Positions 12,783-26,799 of a DNA stretch of 64,000 nt are shown piece by piece. The position numbers and the translations under genes were made by a program. The DNA lies in NCBI GenBank assembly GCA_951406725.2, contig OX597828.1, positions 69,440,001 through 69,504,000 on the forward strand, given 5' to 3'. The notes under the pieces are model-generated. The model had not been told where the DNA came from and made no database searches. It worked only from the letters and a program-made list of their open reading frames with translations. Every line of letters starts with the position of its first letter. Position 1 is the stretch's first letter. Source of the DNA: Octopus vulgaris (Eukaryota).

Positions 12783-12917
12783 ACTTACTGTGGTCAAGGC
12801 AGCGTAGCGTTTGATTATAAATAAATAAAATAATTAAAAGTACACACTGTGTACAGGACATCACCAACGAGTGAAAAAATACGAAAGCACACGGGAGAAT
12901 AGTTCAAGACAAAATGT

Positions 12918-13018
12918 AAGCGACGACGAGGAGGGTTCCAGTTGGTTCGATCAACAGAACAGCCTGCTCGTAAAATTAACGTGCAAGTGGCTGAGCACTC
13001 TACAGACACGCGTACCTA
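12918..13018 (-). mobile_element. SINE family C 3' fragment
   Basis: Matches 37340-37440. Confidence 0.65.
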
Positions 13019-13304
13019 CAGATGGTCAAGGTGAAGTCTGGTGTAACCATTTAATAACGACTCGGATCAGAAAGTTGTAATAATGCATGTGATGTGTCAA
13101 TTGGGAAAAGAGAAGAGACACAACCGAGGGGAATGTTTGGGAGAGGGTTTATTGGTATGTTAACATGTGTGTGTCATGTATACAAAAGAAATGGCAGCCC
13201 GTCATGAGAACAAAGTCTAGGTATGTCTGTGTGTGCATTAAATGTATATAGCAATGAAGAGGAAGAACGTGAAAGTCTAAAATGAGAAGTTAGACGAATG
13301 TTCA

Positions 13305-13480
13305 TAGACAGCCGGTGTTATCATGTTTACGTTCCCGTAATTTAGCGGTTCGGCAAAATTCACCGATAGAGTAAGTCCAAGGCTTAAAACACGAGAAGTA
13401 CTGGAGTCGGTTCATTCGACTAAAAGAATCCTTCAGGGTGATGCCCCAACATGGCCGCAGTCTAATGAGTGAAACAAACA
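13305..13480 (+). mobile_element. SINE family A 3' half (diverged)
   Basis: TTAGCGGTTCGGCAAAA...CATGGCCGCAGTC..TGAAACAA. Confidence 0.65.
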
Positions 13481-13741
13481 AAAGACAGATTTTGAGCAAC
13501 CATTTGACAAATTATACATACATATATATATATATATAAAATTAGAGATAAAACCACTATTAGGCAAATCAAACAGTGAAAAACATAAACCAAAATATAG
13601 AAATAAATTAATTAATATAATATACAAAATATATAAAATTTAAATTATTTGAATTATTTAATATATATATTTATACTGTAAAATTAGATTTAATCCTAAA
13701 TCTAATTTTTCCCTGTAAGTTTGGATTTACTCCCTAATATT

Positions 13742-13862
<121 letters not shown>

Positions 13863-14566
13863 GCGACGGGATTCTTACAGTTTCCGTCGACCAAATTAGG
13901 CCTCTAGCTTCTGATTGATTGATTGACGAAGTCACAATCACTTTGTCAGTCATAGTTACTGATTAATTGTCTAACGAACTGGCTAAGTACTTGACTAATT
14001 AATTTATAGACGAAGTGACTTACTGACAAACCAACTTGTTAACTAACAGTCGAAGTTATCGATGAAGTAACTAACTGGTTAACTAACGAACGAACAAACA
14101 ATGACCTTTATCCGTCAAAGCTGTCGTATTTGTAGGTAGGACAGCCATTCAGCGAGAAAATCGAGTTAAGCCTCAACAGAATTGTGGAAGAAAAACGTGT
14201 CAGTAATAAAAGATCGGGCAACTTGATAAAGATCGAAACTTGTACAATATGCAGAAGACAAAGTGGGACAGTCATGGTGGGCGACAGGAATAGAAACGGA
14301 TGGCTTTTTTTTCTTTTTTTACCGTGTGTGAATGGGATAGAAGGGAAAATGGGAGGTGGTGAGGATGGTGTATGACGACGACGACGACGACGATGAAGCA
14401 GGAGAAAATAGGAGACATTGCAGAGAAACTTTGAAAGAGGAGGAGGATGTGGTGGAGGTGGAGGAGGAGGATGACGAAGAAGACAAAAGAGAAGCCAAAT
14501 GTGAAATAGCCAATCAGTCGCCCGCCAACCAGTTGGTTCTCACGCATGCACGCATGCACACAGGCA

Positions 14567-14618
<52 letters not shown>

Positions 14619-14736
14619 CGCTTAGAACAGGATTGACTGGTTTCGTGTGGTCGTTCTCAATCTAGCTCACAATACAAACCTTCGTTATTTTAGAGACTGG
14701 CACTAGGTCGTGTGTTGCGTTAGTCGTTGCTGATCA

Positions 14737-14813
<77 letters not shown>

Positions 14814-14953
14814 GAGACGATGACGACGAAGACGTAGGGTCGTAGGGGATGGAGACGTGTTGGCAAATTTGGCCGTAGGTGTAACGCGAACAATTGACAC
14901 CCACAGTTTAAAGACACACAAGTAAAATATACACACCCAAATAGACACACACG

Positions 14954-15015
<62 letters not shown>

Positions 15016-15295
15016 CGTCTTGTTCCACGTCTCTGTCCTTATGTTGTAACAAAATGGCTTTTCCGTTTTCGTTTCTGTTGATTTTTACGTCTTCTTGTGG
15101 TGTCCTGTACGTATATATATTTATATATGCATGTATATATACATGTAGATGTCGGTACGTACATATATGTTTGTATGTATGCATATATTTTATTTATTAC
15201 ACTATATATATATATATATATATATATGCATATACATACGTACATAGACATTTACGTATCTCTACACAGACATAAACGCATATAAATATATATGT

Positions 15296-15348
<53 letters not shown>

Positions 15349-15700
15349 TCGTTTGTAGAAAGCATGAATCTGAAAGAAAAAGCACACTCTAAGATGTAAA
15401 GCAGTATATATTAAAAATGGGGAAGGCCCATTTACGGGATTACCTTAGGTTTCCAGACCACAAAAGGTTTAGGTTTATGACGTATCGAGAGATCCTCAAA
15501 ACCCGTTCGCCCATGACCTCATAAAAACCTATTTTTGACCTATTTTTAAGTGGTCATTTATATGTGTGTATGTGTGTGCGTGTGTGTGTGTGCGTGTGTG
15601 TGTGTATAAGGAAAGCAGAAAATGGAGATAAAATTGATGAATAACAATTAATTTACGTCAATTATCATTTATTAATTAATTACAAAGAGAAACACTCTCA

Positions 15701-15826
15701 GCTTACAGCTGTTTCCGTTAGCATGATTCCCTTCCCAGGCTTAACCACCACAATAATGATAATAATGATAGTCATCATTGTAAGTAATTAATTATACCAA
15801 TATGAATCACGGAACTTCATCGGAGC
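15701..15826 (-). ncRNA. Type I hammerhead-like motif with long helix II
   Basis: Minus strand GCU-CCGAUGA-AGUUCCGUGAUUC...GAAUCAUGCUAACG-GAAA-CAGCUG-UA-AGC. Confidence 0.55.
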
Positions 15827-15985
15827 GGAAAAGTAAATAAAATAAAAGTAAAAAGAAAAAGAAAAAGAAGAAAGTGCGAACGGATCAGCAAGTAGCACGG
15901 AGTGATTATCAGCGGTCTCACTTTCTCCTTCTCCCACGCATACACACACACACACACACGCACACATACACACACACACACGTGT

Positions 15986-16038
<53 letters not shown>

Positions 16039-16245
16039 TATTTATATACGCATATATACATACGTTTATGTGTAGAGGACGTCAAAAAACGGGAGCAAAA
16101 TGAGAAACGAGAAGATAAAAAGCAGAAACATGGAAAAAGACCTTTTTTTCGAACAACGAAAGAAACAAATAGAGAAACAAGACAGGCAACATAAAGAACA
16201 TGCCCTTCATCAGTTGTCCTCTGTTTTATCTGCTCCGCGTTTCGA

Positions 16246-16317
<72 letters not shown>

Positions 16318-16335
16318 GAATAATCTTGTTGCAGA

Positions 16336-17345
16336 TTAATCAAAAGTTTAACCGATACCTTGGTAGCAAACCGATACCTTGATAGGGGCAGAAGGAAGTG
16401 CAACCTTTGTGTCTCTGAGCTTTTCCATATATTGTTCGCCAGAGACCGGATGGTAAACGGACTTTTACAGTCGGCTTTTCGATGCCCCCATTGGCGGCGT
16501 TTTACTTATCTTGCTTATAAATGACGCTTATAAATGATACCTGCACCCGGTTACCCTACTTATATGAAAATAGCCCTTGGAAATAATTTTTGAAAAAGCT
16601 TTTTAAGAGAGATATGATTAACCCTTGCAAGGGGAATTACTCCCATTAGGCGAATGGTGTTTTGTTTTGACGACGTGAGGTTTTTTTTGACAAAGCATGA
16701 TTAGACGAACACACGAACACATAAAATATTTTCTGCCGCCTGACGGATTTTTCAGCAGTGACCATTGTGTAGCGCTTTTTACCAACTTACGGCCGCGCGA
16801 TTAAACGAACACACGAACACATAAAATTTTTTCTGCCGCCTGACGGATTTTTCAGCAGTGACCATTGTGTAGCGCTTTTTACCAACTTACGGCCGCGCAC
16901 ATATAGAACAGTTCACACACACATGTTTCTAAGTAGATTTTGTCTCGCCCCATATAATACACCTAATATTCTTAAAATAGTCAGAACCTTAGTCTCGGTC
17001 ACAAAGAACATCTACGCACCCCTTGCTCTCACCCACCGGATTGACCGCTGCCTGACCTGTAAATATCTTCAACGCACCCACCACCCGATTTCAACATACA
17101 TTGATAAACAGTTTGGCCATGGGCTCTTAGGAGCCTCCTCGTTCGATTTGTTTTGCTGCGCCTCTGCTCTGGTTTTGTTCTGCCAACGGAATTCCTATTT
17201 CTTCCTGAAGAGAAAGACACAATATGGTCTCCTTATTCAATCGGAATTTGGTAAATTGTGGCTTTCGAAACACGTGTAGAATGCAATAAAAGGATTTCTG
17301 TTCAATCTTCGTTCAACTCCATTTCTTCAATTCACTAATAATATT
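16336..17345 (+). mobile_element. PLE-like 3' region with 100-bp tandem duplication (16705-16898) and hammerhead near its end
   Basis: Canonical HHR at 17202-17281, then AATAAA, terminating in (TA)n. Confidence 0.5.
17202..17281 (+). ncRNA. Type I hammerhead ribozyme, canonical core
   Basis: UUC-CUGAAGA-GAAAG(A)CACAAU...AUUGUG(G)CUUUC-GAAA-CACGUG-UA-GAA, predicted cut after 17278. Confidence 0.7.
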
Positions 17346-17376
17346 ATATATATATATATGTATGTATATATATATA

Positions 17377-17449
<73 letters not shown>

Positions 17450-17567
17450 CGTTTAAATATTTGTTGTGCAAGATATTTTATGTGAAGTCGTGTGTTGAAA
17501 CAGATATTGTTATATTTCGGAATGGTCATATTGCCAGTTTAGCCAATAAAAACACACGCACTATATA

Positions 17568-17876
17568 TTGAGATGTATAGAGGGACGATGCAGTAACAAG
17601 ACAATAACATACGTAGGGGAAACGGCAAGAAGCATAGGAGAGCGGGTGAATGTACATTGGAGACAACCCAAGGAAGGTAAAAGCTCATCGATTCTGTACC
17701 AACACGCCGAACAGGAACACGGGGGATCAATCAATAACATAGAGATTAAGATATTGTCCACACATAGAACAGATGCAACAATTAGACAAATTACAGAAGC
17801 TACACATATAATAGAAAATAAACCTAGCCTGAATAGAAAACTAGAATGGAGCAATAGCACACACCACAACATATGA
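17568..17876 (+). pseudogene. Penelope-like GIY-YIG endonuclease fragment (5'-truncated)
   Basis: TYVGETARSIGERVNVH...ILYQHAEQEH...RQITEATHIIENKPSLNRKLEW. Confidence 0.85.
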
Positions 17877-17972
17877 CGATAGAGGATCCCGAAAACATAA
17901 TAAATACACAGCTAAATAAACAAATAGAAATGAATAACTATATATATATGTATATATATCTATGTATATGTG

Positions 17973-18009
<37 letters not shown>

Positions 18010-18145
18010 GTGTATATATATGTGTATATATATATATTTTTTTTTTTTGATTAGATTTTTTTTTTCGATTAGATTTATTATTATTATTACTAATATTGTT
18101 GTTATACATACATACATACAAGCATATGTCATGATAATAACGGGT

Positions 18146-18211
<66 letters not shown>

Positions 18212-18215
<4 letters not shown>

Positions 18216-18420
18216 CGCCATGGTAGATCGTTAGCCACTACACACATTTTTCCTCTCTCCTTGTTTCTTTCCTAGTTTTTTCTGTGTCTCTTTCTGTAGA
18301 AGAGCGTAGGCTCGAAACGTAAAATACTTTTTCTATTCCTGAGCGTTATACTAATACATCTGTTTGTTTTGTACACCACCTGTCTTCGTCTTTTGTTTTT
18401 TTTTTCGTAAACTCTCCCTC
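18212..18420 (+). mobile_element. PLE pseudo-LTR/tail module with CUGUNGA hammerhead-like motif (18289-18326)
   Basis: Homologous to 12485-12690, with (TA)n flanks. Confidence 0.7.
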
Positions 18421-18607
18421 TCTCTCTCTCTATATATATATATAAATATATATCTTGCGAGAATAATCTGGTGCTTGACGGAGGAAAGAAAACTTTGAAT
18501 GACCCATCCTTGTTTTCGTTGTATTGTCTATCTGGATGTTTTGATGTCCCTTTTTGTATCACCTAGCTCTCCGGATGTTTTGCGTTCTTGTCCCATTTTG
18601 CATTTTT

Positions 18608-18716
<109 letters not shown>

Positions 18717-19122
18717 ATATATTCCTAATGTCTTTTATGCGTATACGTTTGTATGTATTTATGTATGTATCTATCTATCAATATACATATACATACACAC
18801 ACACATATCATATTCGATATTTATAATATACTTATTCATATTGAAGAGATATTTCTCAACAATATAAGGTATTCAACCAGTGTAGCTTAGTTAAATCATC
18901 CCTTTAATGGGCTAATATATCATCGCAGTGACTATGTGTGTGTGTGTGTGTGTGTTTGTGCGTATGTGTGTTTGAGCGCGCGCATGTATGTATATATTAT
19001 ATATACATATTTGTGTGTATATATGTACAAATGGATATGTATATGTAATACATACATACGTATATACATATCCATACACATACATATATGTATATATATA
19101 TAATATATACATACGTATATAC

Positions 19123-19166
<44 letters not shown>

Positions 19167-19275
19167 ATATATATATAATATATACATACGGTTATACATA
19201 TACATACTTATATGTATATAGATATATAGATAGATAGATAAATATATATATATATATATATCTAGATACACATAA

Positions 19276-19310
<35 letters not shown>

Positions 19311-19619
19311 CATACATACATACATACATACATACATACACACATACATACATACATACATACATACATACAGACACACACACACATACACACACACACA
19401 TAATTATATATATATATATACGTATGTATGTATGTATATATATATATATATATATATCTGTATATATATATATGCTTTTGTTTGTGATTTATATACATTC
19501 TTCGCAGTATTTATTCCCCGTCACTAATCAGGGAACAAGTCACTTTTTGTTTGAGGCAGGACAGTTTCTGGGCAACTATCATTATATGAGTCAATGTATG
19601 TACCTGCCTCTGTATACAA

Positions 19620-19678
19620 ACATTCATACACACATACACACATACATACATACATACATACATACATACATACATACA

Positions 19679-19712
<34 letters not shown>

Positions 19713-19714
19713 CA

Positions 19715-19748
<34 letters not shown>

Positions 19749-19819
19749 CATACATACATACATGCATACATACATACATACATATATACATACATACATA
19801 TATACATACATACACGCAC

Positions 19820-19852
<33 letters not shown>

Positions 19853-20055
19853 CATACATATATACATACATACACACACATACATACATACATACATACA
19901 TACATACATACATACATACATACATACATACATACATGCATACATACATACATACATACATATATACATACATACATACATGCATGCATACATATATACT
20001 TACATACATACATACATATATACATACATACATACATGCATGCATACATATATAC

Positions 20056-20086
<31 letters not shown>

Positions 20087-20112
20087 CATACATACATACA
20101 TACATACATACA

Positions 20113-20146
<34 letters not shown>

Positions 20147-20168
20147 CATACATGCATACATACATACA

Positions 20169-20202
<34 letters not shown>

Positions 20203-20271
20203 CATACATACATACATACATACATGCATACATACATACATACATACATACATACTTACATACATACATAC

Positions 20272-20310
<39 letters not shown>

Positions 20311-20333
20311 CATACATGCATGCATACATACAT

Positions 20334-20380
<47 letters not shown>

Positions 20381-20390
20381 TTCATACATA
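19620..20390. repeat. (TACA)n then (CAGA)n microsatellite
   Basis: Direct reading. Confidence 0.95.
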
Positions 20391-20394
20391 CACG

Positions 20395-20610
20395 CATAAG
20401 TAAGCATATAAATGTGAAACAAGGTGGAAAAATGGTACTCGAGTACTGGAGGTAGAGTAATATGCTTTATTAATAAAGCTGCAAAGACATCACAAAAACG
20501 GTTACTCAGAGTTTCACGTTCCCCGTTCTCAACCAAAACTGACCGACGAACAAAGACGTGAAACTCTGAGTAATAGTTTTTGTGATGTCTTGCTGCTTTA
20601 TTAGTAAAGT
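20395..20610. mobile_element. Fold-back PLE-like terminal module with HHR-like motif
   Basis: Inverted arms at about 20471-20520 and 20556-20603. Homologous to 55449-55625 and 56878-57081. Confidence 0.7.
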
Positions 20611-20780
20611 ATATATATACATACATATGTATATGTGTGTGTATGAATGTTTATATACATACACACACACACATATATATATATAGTGTCTTCTACTATA
20701 GCCTCGGACCGACCAAAGCCTTGTGAGTGGATTTGGTAGGCGGAAACGGAGAGAAGCCTGTCGTGTATATATATATATGC

Positions 20781-20822
<42 letters not shown>

Positions 20823-20831
20823 GCGTATATA

Positions 20832-20870
<39 letters not shown>

Positions 20871-20871
20871 G

Positions 20872-20943
<72 letters not shown>

Positions 20944-21231
20944 GATTCTACAAAGATAGATAGAGAATCTCCAACGAAGCAGATGAAATATGTATTTAAA
21001 TATAAAATAAAATGTAAATGATAAATAATAATAAGAATATACATGCAAAAAATTTAAAAAGTAATAAAAAAGAAATTTTTTTAATTACAAAAATAAAAAT
21101 GAAAATAAAAAAGTAAAAATAGTAAAATAAAAAAGTAAAAAAAGTCAAATATAAAAGTAAAAATGAAAATAAAAAATAGTAAAAATAAAAATAAAGATAT
21201 GTGGATAAAATAAAACCGTTATAAATGTTAA

Positions 21232-21271
<40 letters not shown>

Positions 21272-21419
21272 TGTTAGAAAAAACTTATCAAATCCGTTTA
21301 TTTATAAATGCGTGTGAGTGTAATTATTTGTAAGTAAAAACCTACCGTCACAACCTTGCATTGCTATGTTTATATTTATGTGTGTGTGCGTATGTGTGTG
21401 TGCGCGCGTATGTGTGTGT

Positions 21420-21463
<44 letters not shown>

Positions 21464-21549
21464 ATACATGCAAGAAAGTAAAGAAAATGCTAATATTAGA
21501 TAGACATCTATATTAGATAGACAGTAAGATTATCAATAAATATATATTA

Positions 21550-21633
21550 CTAGCAGTAATACCCGTCGTTGATCGGGTAATTACTATTGCTCTTTCTCGG
21601 GAGCCACATTCAAACTGTTATTATATATACAGA
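21550..21633 (-). mobile_element. 84-bp minimal Helitron
   Basis: Minus strand starts TCTGTATATATAATAAC and ends with hairpin CCCGATCAACGACGGG then CTAG, between host A and T. Confidence 0.6.
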
Positions 21634-21799
21634 TTTACTCCTCCTGTATGTGTGTATTTTATAAGAAAAAACATGTAATAATTGAAGTAGAAAAAAGATC
21701 AATTTCATACAGGAGCTTCTGCTTGTTTATTATATGACAATAATATGGGAGTTGTTATTTTATATATCAATACAGTAATGGCAATTATATAATAAACAA

Positions 21800-21915
21800 T
21801 GCGTTGGTCAGGACGGAGCTGTAATGAAAGAGAATTGCCCAACGCGCCGCACAGTGGGACTGAACGCAAGGTGACATGGTTCGAAAGCAAGCTTCTCAAC
21901 CACACAGCCACGCCT
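21800..21915 (-). mobile_element. SINE family A head fragment
   Basis: GGCGTGGCTGTGTGGTTGAGAAGCTTGC...GTTCAGTCCCACTG on the minus strand. Confidence 0.65.
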
Positions 21916-22052
21916 ATAAAGAAGAGATACATTTTGGATAATATACTCCTTGATAGAATATGCTTAACAAAAAGAGGGGATGTTTACGGCGAGAAGACCT
22001 TTGATTCTAATATTTACTCGAGCAACGCAACAACTAACAACGCTACACCATA

Positions 22053-22662
22053 TGAGGTGTTCCAGAATTAACTGTTTCAATGGAATTGTGCAAATTTAAA
22101 AACTGACAGAATTTTAAGTTTATTACCAAAACAAATAGATTTATAAATCTTACGTCAAACTTTTATTGAAAATGTTCAACATGTCTGTATCCTTGCATAC
22201 TTCAAATCGTTGTGAAACACAATTTGAAGCATTTCAGGAGTTATCTCCTGCCCTACTAACTGAATGTGTTCTTTAAGCCCAGCTAAACGATTGCACCATC
22301 TTGTGTTCTTTAAGCCCAGCTAAACGATTGCACCATCTTGTGTTCTTTAAGCCCAGCTAAACGATTGCACCATCTTGTGTTCTTTAAGCCCAGCTAAACG
22401 ATTGCACCATCTTGTGTTCTTTAAGCTCAGCTAAACAATTGCACCATCTTGGTGTTGAAGGTAAAGAAAATGATTGCTGCCAAATTGAAAAAAGCTGTCA
22501 TGAACAAATAACAGGGATCTAACGGGAATGAAAATAAAATTATAAAGAAAATTCAAAATTTATACACTTTTAACACGTATTAAACATGACAAACATAAAT
22601 AAAAGTGAGTTTTAAAAAATGCATCCGATTTCACTCAAATCGTCATTAATTCTGGGACACCG
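22053..22662. mobile_element. Tc1/mariner-like non-autonomous element with internal 37-bp x5 tandem repeat (22265-22449)
   Basis: TIRs GGTGTTCCAGAATTAA / TTAATTCTGGGACACC with TA on both sides. Confidence 0.65.
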
Positions 22663-23159
22663 TATTTACTCGTCCGACTAAACGGGGGTAGGAACATAGG
22701 GGGGGGACTAATTGTAGGTGGCGAGCATAGCTTCCGGAAGTGGTCACGCGGTCAAACTCAAATGGCTGTGAGTCACAACAGCAGTTTGTTTTTGTTTTTT
22801 TTTTGTTTTTTTTTTTGTATGAACATTTTGCATTATATAGTTGAGACATGGATGACATAGAAAGCAGACATGCTGCCGGGCCATGGTTCCATTTCGCAGG
22901 TTTGGAAACGTGAAACATCAACAGGGCACTTCTGGAGAATGGATGAATGCGTTTGTTGTACCTTTACCCAGTCGCATACACATGCCCATGGCCTGGTGGT
23001 GCGCGGGATGGTGACATGAAGCATCAACAGGGCACCCACAAAAATGTTAATGTTCTTCTCCTTTCCTCTGCCAAATTAGGCAAAAAGGTTTTCATGAAAT
23101 ATTATACGCTTCTTATAATGCATAAGTAGTGTCAATATTTTATATTCAATTTTATTTAT

Positions 23160-24270
23160 TCTAATTATACTTCCTAAAAACATATTTAGAAGAACGTGTA
23201 TAAGATAAAATTGTCTCTGAAATTAAGGAGTTTGTGTTTAAAAGTTAGAATTTGAAAAGTTTCTTCCGCGCAGAATTCACAGCGCCTGTTAGAAATTCTA
23301 TACGATTTGGTATGATTAATAATCTTCTAAGTTTATTTTTTTAATTTTTGCCCTTTAACATCCATGTAAATTTGCTTAGACTAGTATTTTTCAATTCTTT
23401 TATCTGTTTCTAAAGTTTTTTTCGTGGTTAGCAATGCGTCGGTTGATGGGGGTTTTCAGCTGATCCGATATAAAAGTAGCTTTTACCTTCTGATTCGACT
23501 ATACATCGATATACTAGATTATCTTGCTTACAAGAGTTATTAAATTTACATTCATCCTTAATCTTACAATCACAAGTATTATTTGCATCATTTATTATAG
23601 AATTTTTGCCAATATTATTTCCGTTTATTGTTTCATTTTCATTATTCATATTATTGTGGATAAAAAGAAAGCATTCATGGATAATTGCCCTTCATTAGAA
23701 AATATATCATCGTCATTCCTACAGCTAGATTTGTCACGGTAGTCATTAATACTTGTATTATTATAGAAAATATCCAATTTTTTGTTATTAATTGAAGATA
23801 TAATTCTAAAAACATTCTTAAAGAGAAACCAATTTTTATTGACTTATTATTAATTATTTCACGGAAGGGGGCGAGATGGCAGAGTCGCTAGCACGCTGGG
23901 CGAAATGCTTAGCGATATTTCGCCCGTCGCCATGTTCTGAGTTCAAATTCCGCAGATGTCGACTTTGCCTTTCAACCTTTTGGGGTCGATAAAATAAGTA
24001 CCAGTTGAACACTGGGGTTCAATGGAATCGACTCATCCTCACCCTCCCCCCATTATTAATCATTTCACTACATCTGTTATCTTTAGTAAAGCGTTTAGAA
24101 ATAGATCTATAAAGATATTGGATTAAGTTGTTTCTGATTTGCTTTGCAAGGAGGATAATCCGCTATATTATATTGGCTTTATCAGGACAATTATTATCTA
24201 TATGGGATTTAGCAGAATTTACGTAAGGTATATTCATATTCATAATAATTTCAACTTTACTAGATTTTTA
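23160..24270 (-). mobile_element. Decayed Penelope-like element (linker and GIY-YIG), interrupted by a family B SINE at 23866-24050
   Basis: CDCKIKDECKFNNSCKQDNLVYRCIV..FYIGSAE, then KIINHTKSYRISNRRCEFCAEE..LLNFR. Confidence 0.8.
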
Positions 24271-24282
24271 TTATTATTATTA

Positions 24283-24439
<157 letters not shown>

Positions 24440-24674
24440 GAGAGAGAGAAGTAGATAGATAAATAAATTGATAGATAGATAGATATACATATGTATATAT
24501 CCCTATATACACACACGCATATATATATATATAATGTCTGTATGCATATGTCTATATGCACATACTCGTATTTGTTCCTATGTACGCACACACACACACA
24601 GGCACACATATTTATATACGTTCACACACACATAATGATACAAAACGACTCGACAGGGCTCGCATTGTTATCGG

Positions 24675-25030
24675 CTCTCAAGAGATTGAATAGTAAAATG
24701 TATGTTTTATCCGCATGCATACATTATTGTGGTCGTCTCTCTTTGTCCGAGGAAGGCGATTCTACAGTTTCTTGCTGAACAACCTGCGCGCTTATGATTT
24801 CTTTTGTAATGATCAAATGGTTGTGCTGTGCATTGGTTCACACCCTCCATTCCATCAGCCTTTCCTGAACAAATGCATGGTGTACCACGTGTCAGGTGTC
24901 GAAGTGATCGGAGAGCAACGTGAGACGACGTGTTTTGCCGTAGAACATGGCGCACCACCCGGTCTAGGGATTGAAACCACAATCTCGACATCATGAGCGC
25001 AACTCCCAAACCACTGGGTCATGCACCCCA
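24675..25030 (-). mobile_element. tRNA-derived SINE family D (diverged)
   Basis: Minus-strand head TGACCCAGTGGTTTGG...GGTTTCAATCCC, with tail shared with 5940-6145. Confidence 0.6.
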
Positions 25031-26799
25031 CGTAAATATATACATACATGCAAACATGTATACATACATATATGTATATATGCATGTATATGTAAATATA
25101 TACATACATGCAAACATACATACATACATACAGACAGACAGACAGACACGTAGATGGACAGAGAGACAAATAGACAGACTGACAGACAGACAGTCTGGCA
25201 GATAGATATAATCGCAGACATACGCACACATACATACATGTAAACATTCAATACATACAAACGTGCATACATATACACAAATAAACACGCATGGTTCATA
25301 CGTACACACACATATATACATACGCACAAGCGTGCACGCATACATACACATACATATGCATACATACTTACATATATATATACATACACACGCATACATA
25401 CACACAAACTTTCTTAAATGTTATTTACAAAACCCGATCTCCACCAGTTGCGACGATGTATATTCCAGTTGTTCAGACAACTCCACAGTCAATTCATTGA
25501 TTTATGGTTGATATGGCCGTGTATTCCGCAAACACCCGTACCTTAATGTGATCCTTAAGCGAATCAGTGGATTACAATGCATGACTAAAGTGGCCTTTTG
25601 AATATATCATCATCGTCATCGTTGTCGCCAAAGTCCTCCTCCTCTTCATCACCATCATTACCATCATCACCATCATCATCATCACCATCATCATTATTAC
25701 CATCATCATCATCATCATCATCACCCGCAGCAGCAGTAGCAATATCTTTTAAAGCTCGTCTTCCTTGCTCAAACGGGTTAAACAAGTTTGACAGAATCCA
25801 TCGTAGTCGAAGATTAGCGTCGTACTCCAAGAAACTGCTTCGGCATGGTTTCTCCACCTTGACGCGCTTCCTGACATCAACCAATTCACCGAACATACTG
25901 GGTGTGCTTTAATTGTGGCACCAGCACTAGTGAGGTAGCCATGTAGTTCTTAAGCCTAAGATGCCCTTCGATGAGAGATTAAGGTATGAGAAAAGAGACC
26001 GGAACAGAAATAAAGGATGTCAGGGCGGGGCACAAAAGTACAAAAAGGTGGACAGAAGTGGATAGGACTAGAAAAAAATGGTGTGTGGATAGAGGTGGCA
26101 AGAGAGTATGAGGAGTGCAACAGGGGGTCAGAGAAGGGTTTGGGTTGAGGTGAGTATAATGACTGACGCTCAAGTGTCGAGGAGTGGTCAATGATAAATA
26201 TGAGTTGGAGAAAAGGTAGGGGAAAGTAGGTAATGACAGCAGAAAGTAAGTAGAGACTGAGGTTAGATGTTGTGAATGGTGCGTAGGGGTGGGGGGGATG
26301 ACCGGTGATGCATATGAATTGTGCAGGGAAGGTAGAGGAGAGTAGGTGAATACAAGCAGTACAGGAAAATAACAATAATAATAATAATAATAATAATAAT
26401 GATAATAACAACATTTTTGTAGACAGGGAACGGATGAAATAAAGATGGCGTGATATGTGGGTGGGTATGTTGCAAGAGTGTGAGGGAAGAGTCAGAGGTA
26501 GAGCGTGAGGAGGGTGAAAAATATATGGTAAAAAGGGTAAGGGACAGATAATATGGCAGCATAAAACGGTGATCAATGTAAAATGTGAGTGGAGAAGGAC
26601 GATGCTAAGAACGAAGGATGTATGTCAAATGAAGTTGTTTCAAATGGTGAGCAAGCTTTAAAAAAATGTTTTTTGCTCTCATTTCTTTAGAACAGCTGTG
26701 AGATGAGGGTTGGATAGGGAAAGCTTGAAAATTGAACGAGGAGCTTTGAGGTGTATATACACATAATGCGTCCAAAACTTCAGTTTCGCCGAGATGTGC

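Noticed and set aside
16190-16250. GAAAC...CTGATGA on the minus strand as a type II hammerhead (similar at 29740-29800)
   Set aside because: Helices I and II could not be paired convincingly, and the 16190 case lacks an NUH triplet.
22265-22449. Five 37-bp direct repeats of CRISPR-like length
   Set aside because: Head-to-tail with no spacers, no cas genes, eukaryotic context and inside a Tc1-like element.
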